This document shows, one piece after another, positions 55,965 to 64,000 of a stretch of 64,000 nt of DNA. The first letter of the stretch is position 1. Each line of letters begins with the position of its first letter. This DNA comes from Candidatus Omnitrophota bacterium. Its GTDB lineage: Bacteria > Omnitrophota > Omnitrophia > Omnitrophales > Aquincolibacteriaceae. Where the stretch lies: the NCBI GenBank assembly GCA_049324575.1, contig JBMONI010000024.1, positions 53,144 to 117,143 on the forward strand. The letters run 5' to 3'. Under the pieces are notes generated by a model that saw only the letters and a program-made list of their open reading frames with translations, did not search any database and was not told the origin of the DNA. A program made the position numbers and the translations under genes.

Positions 55965-58900
55965 TTAGTTGCTCACCGTAAAAACCACCGGGATCGCATG
56001 ATCACCCGTATCGTCCGTATAAACCATGCTCAGGGTATACGTGCCGTTTGTAAGCGTGCGCGTATCAAACCCGCTGGTACCGTCCCCGTTGGGACCTCCC
56101 CACGTAAAAGGCGGCGTATAGACCTTCCCGGATTTCGTTCCGTTCAGATAATACGCCACTTTCCGGATCCCCGGATTCAGCGTGAGGTTCGGCTGGATCA
56201 TGACCGTCCCGCTCACCGTCTGACCTTCCGTAACACCGCAGATCGCCGTCGTGCAGGAAGCCGCAGGCGGAGACGCCGTCGTCAGGGTCGAGATCGCGGC
56301 CTGTGCCGCCTGATTCCCCGCCGCATCCTTCGACTTCACACGGAATTCATACACCGTGCTTGGGGCCAATCCGCTCAACGTCATTGAATGGTTGGTCACC
56401 AGCGCCGGATCGACGCTCGTCACCGACCAATTCGCGGTCCCTTGGACGCGGTATTCCACCAGGGAATCGCTGGCCTCATCCGTCGTCCATTGGATCGTGG
56501 CGCCGGTCTCGGTCACATTCGCCGAGGTCACCGCGCTGATTACCGGTACGGTCGTATCCGGAGCCGGAACCACGGCATTTTTCACCGTAAAGCTGATTTG
56601 AACCCCGTGATCACCCGTCGCATCGGTATACCCCATCGCCAGCGTGTAATTTCCGTCCGCAAGGGTACGCGTGTCAAATCCCGTCGTCCCATCCCCGCTC
56701 GGCCCGCCCCACAAAAAGGGCGCCTGATATACTTTCCCGGATTTTGTTCCGTTCAAATAATAGGCGACCTTGCGAATACCCGGATGGAGCGTGAGATTGG
56801 GACCGATATTCACCATCCCGCTCACGATAGCACCCTCGGCCACTCCCACGAAATCCCCTGTCGAGGGAACGGTTGTATCGGCCGTCGTCAGGGTCGAGAT
56901 CGCGGCCTGCGTTGCCTGATTCCCCGCCGCATCCTTCGACTTCACGCGGAATTCATACACCGTGCCCGGAACCAACCCGCTCAGCGTCATCGAATGGCTG
57001 GTCACCAGCGCCGGATCGACGACTGTCGCCGACCAATCCGCGGCCCCTTGGACGCGATATTCCACCAGAGAATCGCTAGCCTCATCCGTCGCCCATTGGA
57101 TCGTGGCACCGGTTTCGGTCACATCCGCCGAAGTCACCGCGCTGATCACCGGAGCGGCCGTATCCGCCGGCGTTAAGGTCGTCAGGGTCGAGATCGCGGC
57201 CTGCGTTGCCTGATTCCCCGCCGCATCCTTCGACTTCACGCGGAATTCATATACCGTACCCGGAACCAACCCGTTCAACGTCATCGAATGGCTGGTCACC
57301 AGCGCCGGATCGACGACTGTCGCCGACCAATCCGCGGCCCCTTGGACGCGATATTCCACCAGAGAATCGCTGGCCTCATCCGTCGCCCATTGGATCGTGG
57401 CGCCGGTTTCGGTCACATCCGCCGAAGTCACCGCGCTGATCACCGGAGCGGCCGTATCCGAAGCCGTATTGCTGACAACAAAGGATACCGACATGCTATG
57501 ATCCCCTGTGCTATCGGTATACCCCATCGCCAAAGTATAGTTCCCGTCCGAAAGCGTGCGGGTATCGAATCCTGTCGTTCCATCCCCGCTCGGCCCGCCC
57601 CACAAATACGGCGAGGCGTACACTTTTCCGGACTGGGTCCCATTCAGATAATAGGCGGCTTTCCGGATATCGGGATGCACATAAAGATTCGGCCCGATGT
57701 TCACCACGCCGCTGACCGTGGCCCCTTCGGTCACTCCGACATAGTCCCCTGTCGGTGCCGGATTCGCCGTTGTAAACGTCGCGATCGTAGCCTGAGTGGC
57801 CAAATTCCCCGCCGCATCCCTGGATTTCACACGAAATTGATAGACCGTACTTGCGATCAGCCCGTTCAGGTTGATCGAATGATTCGTCACCCAGGAAGGC
57901 TGCAGGCTTGTCGCAAGCCAATCGCTGTCCCCCTGGACACGATACTCGACCTGCGAATCACTGGGTTCATGAGTGGCCCAGGTGATCGTCGCGCCGTTTG
58001 AAGTGACATTGCTTACCGCCACCGCACTGATCAGAGGCGCTTCCGTATCCGGAGGAAGATTCATCACCGAGAAGCTAACGCTCATCTCATGGGTCTCGGC
58101 CGCCCCATAACAAAGGGCATTCAGGGTGTAATCCCCATTTTCGAGCGTCCGGGTATCCAATCCGCTGGTTCCATTTCCGGAAATACCTCCCCAATAAAAA
58201 GGAGACTGATCGACATCGCCCGAGCTTACGCCGTTCAGCAAATAGACAACCCGGTTAAGATCCGTATGGATCTGGAGATTCGGACCAATCTGGACCGTTC
58301 CGCTGACCGTCGCACCGTTCTGAACACCGGTAAATTCCGGCTGGACACCGCCGGTGCTTCCGAATTCGTACGCGCCAATATCGACACTGCTGCCGGCAAC
58401 CCGCTCATGGCCATCGAGATCCGAAGTTCCGAGCGGATAGACCATCGAACCGGCATCAATCGCGGGACTGCCGGATTGAAGGTGGAAATCCCTGCCGCTC
58501 AAGTCCACAAGCCGCGGATCCACGAACTGGCTTGTCGAACTGAGAGTAAAACCCGCAGGGTGATTGGGGTCATACCAAATATTGTTGCTCTCCGTCATCG
58601 AACCGCCATCCCGCACATAGAGCGCGCCTGAAGCGAGGTTGCGAACGATAATGGAGTTTTGCAGCGTTGTGCTTGAAGCTCCCCCATCGTTATCGATGCG
58701 GATATCGGCGGTTTCGTTGTTCGCAAAAGTGGTGTTGATAAACGTGATCTGCCCCATGCGATTGTTGACCCCATAACCTTCTCCCGCAACAGGGTCCCCA
58801 ACGAAGACTTTTGCGTCATGAGACAAGGAATCCTTCACCACGATCCCGGATCCCCAGACCTTGAAGTTGTTCTTGTTGCCGTAGACTTCGACATTCTCCA

Positions 58901-59954
58901 TCAGCACGTTCGTCGCTTTCACGTCAAAACCGCCGTCCCAATTGTCATAGGACTTGACGTTCCGGACCGTGATCCGGTTGCCGAATTCCAAAATGAACCC
59001 GTCGCCGTTGCGGTATCTCGTCTCAAATCCCGAGTAAACGTCTTTCGATCCGCTCACGTCGATATTCTCATAGAGAATGTCGGTCGGAGTGACCCCGGTG
59101 GTCGCTTCCGTGCGGAAACCGTTACGGCTATTGGTCACGACGGCATTGCGGACCGTCACGTGATCGCCGCCGTTGATCAGGACCGCAAAATGGTTACGGT
59201 CGGCCCGGAGCCCGTCGATCTCGATATAAGAACTGTTCGGACCGACGGTCACGGCCGCCCGCAGATTATTCACTGTCAAATTATTGAAATGGATGTAATC
59301 TTGGCCGTTGGTATTGAAAGCCGGGTTGTAATTAGCGGCGACCGTATATCCACTGATCGTCGTTGTGGTCGTGCCTTCGATCACCACGTTGCCCAGACCC
59401 TGAATCGTGATCGGAGCATCCGCGGTCCCCGAGGTTGAAAACACCGCCCCGCTTCCCGGCTGCTGGTAAGTTCCCTCCATGATATAGAGAGTATCTCCGG
59501 CCTGAAGCTGCGAGACCGCGTAGGAGATGCTTCCATAAGGATCCGCCTCGGATCCATCTCCTTGATCACTGCCGGTTGCCGATAGATAGAACGACCGCCC
59601 TTGCGTCGTCAAGGCGGCGGTCGGCGCGCTGAGCGGCCCGGCCATGAAGAAGTCTTCAGTCGGGGCAGGCTCCGTTTGCGCGCTTGTTTCGGAAACTGTC
59701 TCTTGAAGCGGCTCGTCCAAGGCAACCGTCGGCGTTTGAGGATTAATCAGCTCATCCGCGGTCGGAGGCGGGACTTCGGCCCGCACATAGTCGGCCAACG
59801 TCACTTGACCCAGAAAAAGAGCCGCGACGGCTGTTGAAAGGATCTTCCGTGACTGGCTCAGGACCTTTTTCCGGATCTTGTTTTTCCCGCGGAGGGATTC
59901 CTTGCTCTCTTTTTCACGAAGCTCGTCTTGCTCTGCAATGATGGTGAATGTCAT
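55965..59954 (-). CDS. giant cell-surface protein: N-terminal anchor, right-handed parallel beta-helix (pectate-lyase/NosD-like) domain, then alternating Ig-like and fibronectin-type-III repeats
   Basis: Start moved to MTFTIIAEQ…; hydrophobic anchor ILSTAVAALFLGQVTLA. Beta-helix region with Asn/Thr ladders (…NNRMGQITFINTTFANNETADIRIDNDGGASSTTLQNSIIVRN…) ending in the DIGAYEFG motif. Four ~95-aa modules of type …GxTVSGxVxIGPNLxxHP…YYLNGTKSGKV…WGGPSGDGTTGFDTRTL…SVxFxVxN alternate with five FN3-like modules (…PVISAVTSADVTETGATIQWATDEASDSLVEYRVQG…TVYEFRVKSKDAAGN…). Two FN3 copies are ~98 % identical. Confidence 0.85.
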   Translation of the reverse strand: MTFTIIAEQDELREKESKESLRGKNKIRKKVLSQSRKILSTAVAALFLGQVTLADYVRAEVPPPTADELINPQTPTVALDEPLQETVSETSAQTEPAPTEDFFMAGPLSAPTAALTTQGRSFYLSATGSDQGDGSEADPYGSISYAVSQLQAGDTLYIMEGTYQQPGSGAVFSTSGTADAPITIQGLGNVVIEGTTTTTISGYTVAANYNPAFNTNGQDYIHFNNLTVNNLRAAVTVGPNSSYIEIDGLRADRNHFAVLINGGDHVTVRNAVVTNSRNGFRTEATTGVTPTDILYENIDVSGSKDVYSGFETRYRNGDGFILEFGNRITVRNVKSYDNWDGGFDVKATNVLMENVEVYGNKNNFKVWGSGIVVKDSLSHDAKVFVGDPVAGEGYGVNNRMGQITFINTTFANNETADIRIDNDGGASSTTLQNSIIVRNLASGALYVRDGGSMTESNNIWYDPNHPAGFTLSSTSQFVDPRLVDLSGRDFHLQSGSPAIDAGSMVYPLGTSDLDGHERVAGSSVDIGAYEFGSTGGVQPEFTGVQNGATVSGTVQIGPNLQIHTDLNRVVYLLNGVSSGDVDQSPFYWGGISGNGTSGLDTRTLENGDYTLNALCYGAAETHEMSVSFSVMNLPPDTEAPLISAVAVSNVTSNGATITWATHEPSDSQVEYRVQGDSDWLATSLQPSWVTNHSINLNGLIASTVYQFRVKSRDAAGNLATQATIATFTTANPAPTGDYVGVTEGATVSGVVNIGPNLYVHPDIRKAAYYLNGTQSGKVYASPYLWGGPSGDGTTGFDTRTLSDGNYTLAMGYTDSTGDHSMSVSFVVSNTASDTAAPVISAVTSADVTETGATIQWATDEASDSLVEYRVQGAADWSATVVDPALVTSHSMTLNGLVPGTVYEFRVKSKDAAGNQATQAAISTLTTLTPADTAAPVISAVTSADVTETGATIQWATDEASDSLVEYRVQGAADWSATVVDPALVTSHSMTLSGLVPGTVYEFRVKSKDAAGNQATQAAISTLTTADTTVPSTGDFVGVAEGAIVSGMVNIGPNLTLHPGIRKVAYYLNGTKSGKVYQAPFLWGGPSGDGTTGFDTRTLADGNYTLAMGYTDATGDHGVQISFTVKNAVVPAPDTTVPVISAVTSANVTETGATIQWTTDEASDSLVEYRVQGTANWSVTSVDPALVTNHSMTLSGLAPSTVYEFRVKSKDAAGNQAAQAAISTLTTASPPAASCTTAICGVTEGQTVSGTVMIQPNLTLNPGIRKVAYYLNGTKSGKVYTPPFTWGGPNGDGTSGFDTRTLTNGTYTLSMVYTDDTGDHAIPVVFTVSN
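56880..57480. repeat. near-identical ~297-bp tandem duplication (two FN3-module copies) inside the surface-protein gene; a third diverged copy lies at ~56300..56600
   Basis: Identical peptides at a 99-aa offset (TAAPVISAVTSADVTETGATIQWATDEASDSLVEYRVQGAADWSATVVDPALVTSHSMTL[N/S]GLVPGTVYEFRVKSKDAAGNQATQAAISTLTT). The plus-strand antisense ORFs 56873.. and 57206.. also repeat the same peptide 333 nt apart. Confidence 0.8.
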
Positions 59955-60581
59955 TTTCAAATTCTCCTTTTTTGAATTTACAAAGCTCAAGGAGAACGAA
60001 ATGTCAGAGGCAAGTGCAGGAACGATAGAGGTGCGTAAGATATGTCTGAATGAAACCGTCAGAACCGCGAAACCTTCACCTGCTTGACAACCGCGTTCTT
60101 CCTGTCAAGAACTTCAGATTTGCGATCTCGAACGATTTGGCTGGATGAGCTCTCGAGGTCTATCCCTTTTGGGATCAAATCTTCCAAACTTTTGAAAAAG
60201 CTTTGTACGTATCAGAAGATATCCGTATCTTCCGTACAACGAAACCCTACACGAGGTCCGTAAAAATATCAAGGGTCTGGAAAAAAAATAATTTTATTAT
60301 CCTTGGATGAATTACCCTAACTTCTTTGTATATATTGCGTTATAAAAATAGAAAGAATATATGTTTTCTGTTCATTAATTATTAAAAACTAACTTTTTGG
60401 AACATAAGTCAGGTAGGCCCGAATAGATGTCGGTATTTTTTGTAAGGATTTTACGCTGGTATTTATCGGGGAAAATCAGAGTTCTTGGAAGGGCCTCGCA
60501 AACAGGGTGCTGGAATCCCCAGAGCGGAGAGGAAAAACCGGAAACAACGATCCGAAAACCGATCTCAGCCGTTCGGCGCTC

Positions 60582-61505
60582 TTATGAGAATCCCTTGGCG
60601 AGACGGCGCAAACGCGGACGGATCTCCCACATAAAATTATGGACGATCGGCTTTGGCAAATAGGTCAGCAGATGGTAATAAAGAGTTTTAAGCGAAAATT
60701 TCCCCAGAATCTTCCGGAGCCTTTGAATTTCATCGCGCGCGGCCCGAAGCTCTCCCTGCTTAAGAAAAAGCGAAAGTCTCCAGGTGTGATACTGCCGCAT
60801 CAGAAGGCCTTTGGAGCCGCCGTGCTCCAGGCATCCGGTATCTTTAAAGGAGGTGTAATTCGCATCATGGATCCGGTAATAAACCAAAAACCTGGGAAGC
60901 ATGATCAAAGAAACGCCGAAACGGATGAAGCGCTTCCACATCTCCGTATCTTCGGACAATTTCCGGTCCTCATCCGGATAGCCTCCGACCTGTTCCCATA
61001 CCCGCCTCGGAAAGCTTGTCGCCGAGTGATAAAGAAAATTCTCATACTGCATCATGCGTGTGATCGTAGACGCCGGCGGCAAACGGATATCCAAGACCGT
61101 ATTTCCTTTTCCGCTGATCACCGTGACCCAACAAGAAACAAAACAATAGCCGTGCGGCAGTGTTTCAATAAAACCCCGCAGTGTTTCCAGATAATCCCGG
61201 GCGAAAAGATCATCACAGTCCAACCGGACGATCCACTCGCCGCGAGACTCCCGGATCCCCCGGTTCAGACTTTTTGCGATCCCCAGATTTTCTTCATTGC
61301 GGACAGGGCGGATATTCGGATGGGCCGCCGCGTAACGAGCCAAGATCGTGGGGGTTTTATCCTGCGACATATCATCGACCACGACCAGCTCCCAATCCCG
61401 GAACGGCTGAGCGAGCACGCTATCGATGGCCGCTGAGAGAAAATTCTCGCCGTTATAAACGGGGATGACCACCGAAAAAAAAGGCCGGGATGGATCTGGA
61501 CTCAT
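60582..61505 (-). CDS. family-2 glycosyltransferase (GT-A fold)
   Basis: FFSVVIPVYNGENFLSAAIDSVLAQPFRDWELVVVDDMSQDKT… with DxD. Its ATG overlaps the epimerase stop (ATGA). Confidence 0.85.
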   Translation of the reverse strand: MSPDPSRPFFSVVIPVYNGENFLSAAIDSVLAQPFRDWELVVVDDMSQDKTPTILARYAAAHPNIRPVRNEENLGIAKSLNRGIRESRGEWIVRLDCDDLFARDYLETLRGFIETLPHGYCFVSCWVTVISGKGNTVLDIRLPPASTITRMMQYENFLYHSATSFPRRVWEQVGGYPDEDRKLSEDTEMWKRFIRFGVSLIMLPRFLVYYRIHDANYTSFKDTGCLEHGGSKGLLMRQYHTWRLSLFLKQGELRAARDEIQRLRKILGKFSLKTLYYHLLTYLPKPIVHNFMWEIRPRLRRLAKGFS

Positions 61506-62521
61506 GCGGCCACCACCCCTGCCTTCCTCCGGGAAAGCAGCCAATCGACAAAATGTTCGATCCCGGTCTCGAAATCCGTGACCGGGAAATAACCGAACAG
61601 ACGGCGCGCCTTGCTAATATCGGCGTACGTTCGCTCTACATCGCCCGGCTGATGCGGCAGGCGGCGGATGCGCGCTTTCTTGCCCAGAACCCGCTCCAGA
61701 CAATCGATCATCTCAGCCAACGAAACCATGCGGGATTCCCCGAGGTTCACGATCTCATAGACCGGCAGGGTCTGCTTTGCCTCGGTAAGCCAGCGCAATG
61801 CCCCCAGGATCCCGCTCACGCAATCATCGATATAAGTATAGTCTCGCCGGGATTCTCCGTCCCCGAAAACGGGGATCTCTTGTCCGTCCAGGATCAGCTT
61901 TGCAAATTTATGGATCGCAAGATCGGGACGCTGGCGGGGCCCATAGACCGTAAAGAACCGCAGGCAGGCGATCCGCATCGCAAAATGGTGGTAATAACTA
62001 TGGCACAGTAGTTCACCGGCTTTTTTCGTAGCCGCATAGGGCGAGATTGGATAATCGACACAATCGGTTTCGGCAAAAGGGACCTTCGGATTATTGCCGT
62101 AGACGGAGGACGAGGAGGCAAAAAGCAAGTGCCGGATCTTCATCGCCGCGCATGCCTCCAGCAGGACCTGGGTCCCCACGATATTGGCGTCGGTATAATA
62201 CAAAGGTTCCTGCAAGGAGGGGCGGACCCCCGCCATCGCGGCCAAATGGATCACGCCCAACGGCCGTTCGCGTTGGAGGAGGCCAAACAGCCCGGTTTTA
62301 TCCCGAATATCCCCCACAACACTGGTGAAATTCCCATGCGCATCCCGCTCCTTCACCGCCCGGATATTGTCTTCCTTGATCTTGCGATCATAAAAGGCAT
62401 TGAAATTGTCGTAGGAAACTACACGATATCCGTGCTGGAGCAATCGCCCACAGACATGGGATCCGATAAAACCCGCACCGCCTGTCACCAGGACACATCC
62501 GAGACCATTACGGCTTATCAT
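61502..62521 (-). CDS. NAD-dependent nucleotide-sugar epimerase/dehydratase (extended SDR; UDP-glucuronate/UDP-GlcNAc 4-epimerase-like)
   Basis: VLVTGGAGFIGSHVCGRLL Rossmann motif. YxxxK (…YAATKKAGE…). 339 aa. Similar to the WbpP/Cap1J/LpsL class. Confidence 0.85.
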   Translation of the reverse strand: MISRNGLGCVLVTGGAGFIGSHVCGRLLQHGYRVVSYDNFNAFYDRKIKEDNIRAVKERDAHGNFTSVVGDIRDKTGLFGLLQRERPLGVIHLAAMAGVRPSLQEPLYYTDANIVGTQVLLEACAAMKIRHLLFASSSSVYGNNPKVPFAETDCVDYPISPYAATKKAGELLCHSYYHHFAMRIACLRFFTVYGPRQRPDLAIHKFAKLILDGQEIPVFGDGESRRDYTYIDDCVSGILGALRWLTEAKQTLPVYEIVNLGESRMVSLAEMIDCLERVLGKKARIRRLPHQPGDVERTYADISKARRLFGYFPVTDFETGIEHFVDWLLSRRKAGVVAA

Positions 62522-62583
62522 TGAGGCCCCTCCTCTTTCCGCACAATCATCTTCCGCGGCACCCCATCATGATCTTGTTCGAA

Positions 62584-63618
62584 TCAGTGGCACCATTTTT
62601 CCGTTTTATACCGTTTGAGGACATCGACCATCGGCCGTCTCACGGGATAAGGCAAATACCCAAGCCATGCATAGATCCTTGCCGAATTGAACATAGGAAC
62701 ATCCATCCGCTTCATCGTTTCAAGAAGCGACTTCACATCCTTCCAAAGCTTGGGTTTGGAAGCTGATAACATATTCAGAAAACTGTGGTCAAAAATCCGC
62801 GAAAGATGCCTTTGCATATAATTCCAGCTTTTTTTCCTGGCGCGTTCCACCCAGGCCCTATCCTTGGGGTCCGTCGATTCCTCTTCAATCCGTTTTAAAA
62901 GATCCTTAATGACCTTTCTCACGCCAAGATTGGTTTGGATATCTTTCCCAAGTTCTGCACTATAGGTGGAGGTTTCAGAACCCGGATGCGTCCGGATACA
63001 GGCAAGACACCTCTTATCATAAAGGCTCAATCCCCTAGACCCCACCTTGGCCCAGGCAAGCAGATCGGAATGCCACGCTGAAGGAAAGGAAGAGATTCCC
63101 CCTTCTTCGATCAAGGTCCGGCGGTGGAACAGGATCCCTGAAATGCTCATTTTGAAGAATTGCCGTTCCTGGGAAAATAAGCTGCCCAAAAATTCCGCGG
63201 GACGCATGACCTCTTTGGCATCGGGATCCATCCGCACGAGTTTTCCCGCTTCATCAATGATCTTGAACCGGCAACGGATCAAAGTCGCCTGCGGATGCTC
63301 TTGCGCGCGCCGCAACAAAACAGGCAGATATTCCTTGTGCAGGATATCATCATCGCACAAGTAGACCATCCATTCCCCTTGAGCGGCATTGAGCAGCGTA
63401 TTGAACTTTTCGATCAACGGAGTCTCGGGGGGCAACCGGAGATAACGCACCTTGCCTTGTGTCAAGTAGGGCTCGACTTTTTTCATGACGCCCTCCCGAT
63501 CCGACGAATCCCCAATGAGGATTTCATAATCTTCAAAATCCTGACCGACCGCTCCGTCCAGGGCTTCTCCCAAAAATTTCGTCCGGTTTTTTGTCGGAAT
63601 CGCAATCGTCGCTTTCAT
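62584..63618 (-). CDS. family-2 glycosyltransferase
   Basis: MKATIAIPTKNRTKFLGEALDGAVGQDFEDYEILIGDSSD…DDDILHKEYL (GT2 N-terminal nucleotide-binding region with DDD). Confidence 0.8.
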   Translation of the reverse strand: MKATIAIPTKNRTKFLGEALDGAVGQDFEDYEILIGDSSDREGVMKKVEPYLTQGKVRYLRLPPETPLIEKFNTLLNAAQGEWMVYLCDDDILHKEYLPVLLRRAQEHPQATLIRCRFKIIDEAGKLVRMDPDAKEVMRPAEFLGSLFSQERQFFKMSISGILFHRRTLIEEGGISSFPSAWHSDLLAWAKVGSRGLSLYDKRCLACIRTHPGSETSTYSAELGKDIQTNLGVRKVIKDLLKRIEEESTDPKDRAWVERARKKSWNYMQRHLSRIFDHSFLNMLSASKPKLWKDVKSLLETMKRMDVPMFNSARIYAWLGYLPYPVRRPMVDVLKRYKTEKWCH

Positions 63619-63622
63619 GACA

Positions 63623-64000
63623 TCACCGGTATATCCGGACCGCTGGGATTGGAACCACGAATTTCCCGCCCCAAGTGCGGATCCATGACATTTGGCTCAT
63701 GATTTCCTGGCGAAGATTCCACGCCAGGATCAACAGAAAGTCCGGGCGTTTCGTTCGGATAAAATCCGGTGCAACGATCGGGATCCGGCTGCCCGGAAGA
63801 TAACGGCCCTGTTTGTAGGGGCTTACATCCGCGGTTGCCGGAAGCAACTCTCTTGTGATCTTGCAATAATTAAGAAGGGTGTTCCCTTTCGCGGGAGCCC
63901 CGTAGCCCAAAACGATTTTTTTGTCTTTCTTGGCGTTCCGCAAAAATGCGAGCAATCCCTGTCTGATTCCGGCTATGCGGGATGCGAACTGCTGATAGGT
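63623..64000 (-). CDS. C-methyltransferase (C-terminal domain visible), partial: the N-terminus lies beyond the right window edge
   Basis: …KIVLGYGAPAKGNTLLNYCKI…YLPGSRIPIVAPDFIRTKRPDFLLILAWNLRQEIM… matches the C-terminal domain of NDP-hexose C-methyltransferases (TylC3/Methyltransf_14 type). The reading frame stays open to position 64000. Confidence 0.6.
   Translation of the reverse strand, partial: TYQQFASRIAGIRQGLLAFLRNAKKDKKIVLGYGAPAKGNTLLNYCKITRELLPATADVSPYKQGRYLPGSRIPIVAPDFIRTKRPDFLLILAWNLRQEIMSQMSWIRTWGGKFVVPIPAVRIYR

Noticed and set aside
56300-57480. Considered whether the regularly spaced near-identical repeats could be a CRISPR array
   Set aside because: The repeat unit is ~297 bp, in-frame and protein-coding (FN3 modules) inside one long ORF. 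There are no short spacer/repeat alternations and no cas genes.

Overview
This 64 kb window comes from a GC-rich (about 58-60 %) diderm bacterium, probably an uncultivated lineage. Several predicted proteins are very large (1.3-2.9 k aa). Almost every gene is on the minus strand. My character-level reading of the printed sequence carries an uncertainty of a few bp. From low to high coordinates the window contains:
- a four-gene envelope operon of unknown function: outer-membrane beta-barrel, lipoprotein, 1542-aa secreted coiled-coil giant, and a further secreted protein that runs off the left edge
- a P2-type cation P-type ATPase
- typA/bipA
- a complete Pho regulon block: phoB-phoR, a putative phosphate porin, pstSCAB-phoU
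- a secreted cyclophilin
- an ABC-F ATPase
- a tolC-macA-macB efflux operon followed by an unknown secreted protein
- cstA
- a DCC-family oxidoreductase, a SYLF lipoprotein and an NhaP-type antiporter
- tRNA-Glu(UUC) with a bidirectional terminator
- a 2886-aa signal-peptide-bearing giant with a Tiki/TraB-like N-terminal domain, an Enzyme-I/PPDK-like PEP-utilizing phosphotransfer module and a GlnD-like ACT/regulatory C-terminal region
- a dense signal-transduction island: REC-GGDEF-EAL, pterin-4a-carbinolamine dehydratase, two paralogous CheY-like receivers, a 1152-aa multi-PAS histidine kinase with cognate receiver, an AraC-type RR, and a NarX-type HK with LuxR-type RR
- a 1.3 k-aa right-handed beta-helix plus FN3-repeat surface protein with near-identical tandem repeats, preceded by an AT-rich island
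- a glycosylation cluster: GT2, NAD-dependent sugar epimerase, GT2, partial C-methyltransferase
No transposase, integrase, CRISPR array or rRNA was seen. The best candidates for novel biology are the 2886-aa chimeric sensor-like giant and the OMP/lipoprotein/coiled-coil-giant envelope operon. The plus-strand ORFs longer than 300 aa in the track are Arg/Pro-rich antisense artefacts of conserved minus-strand genes.
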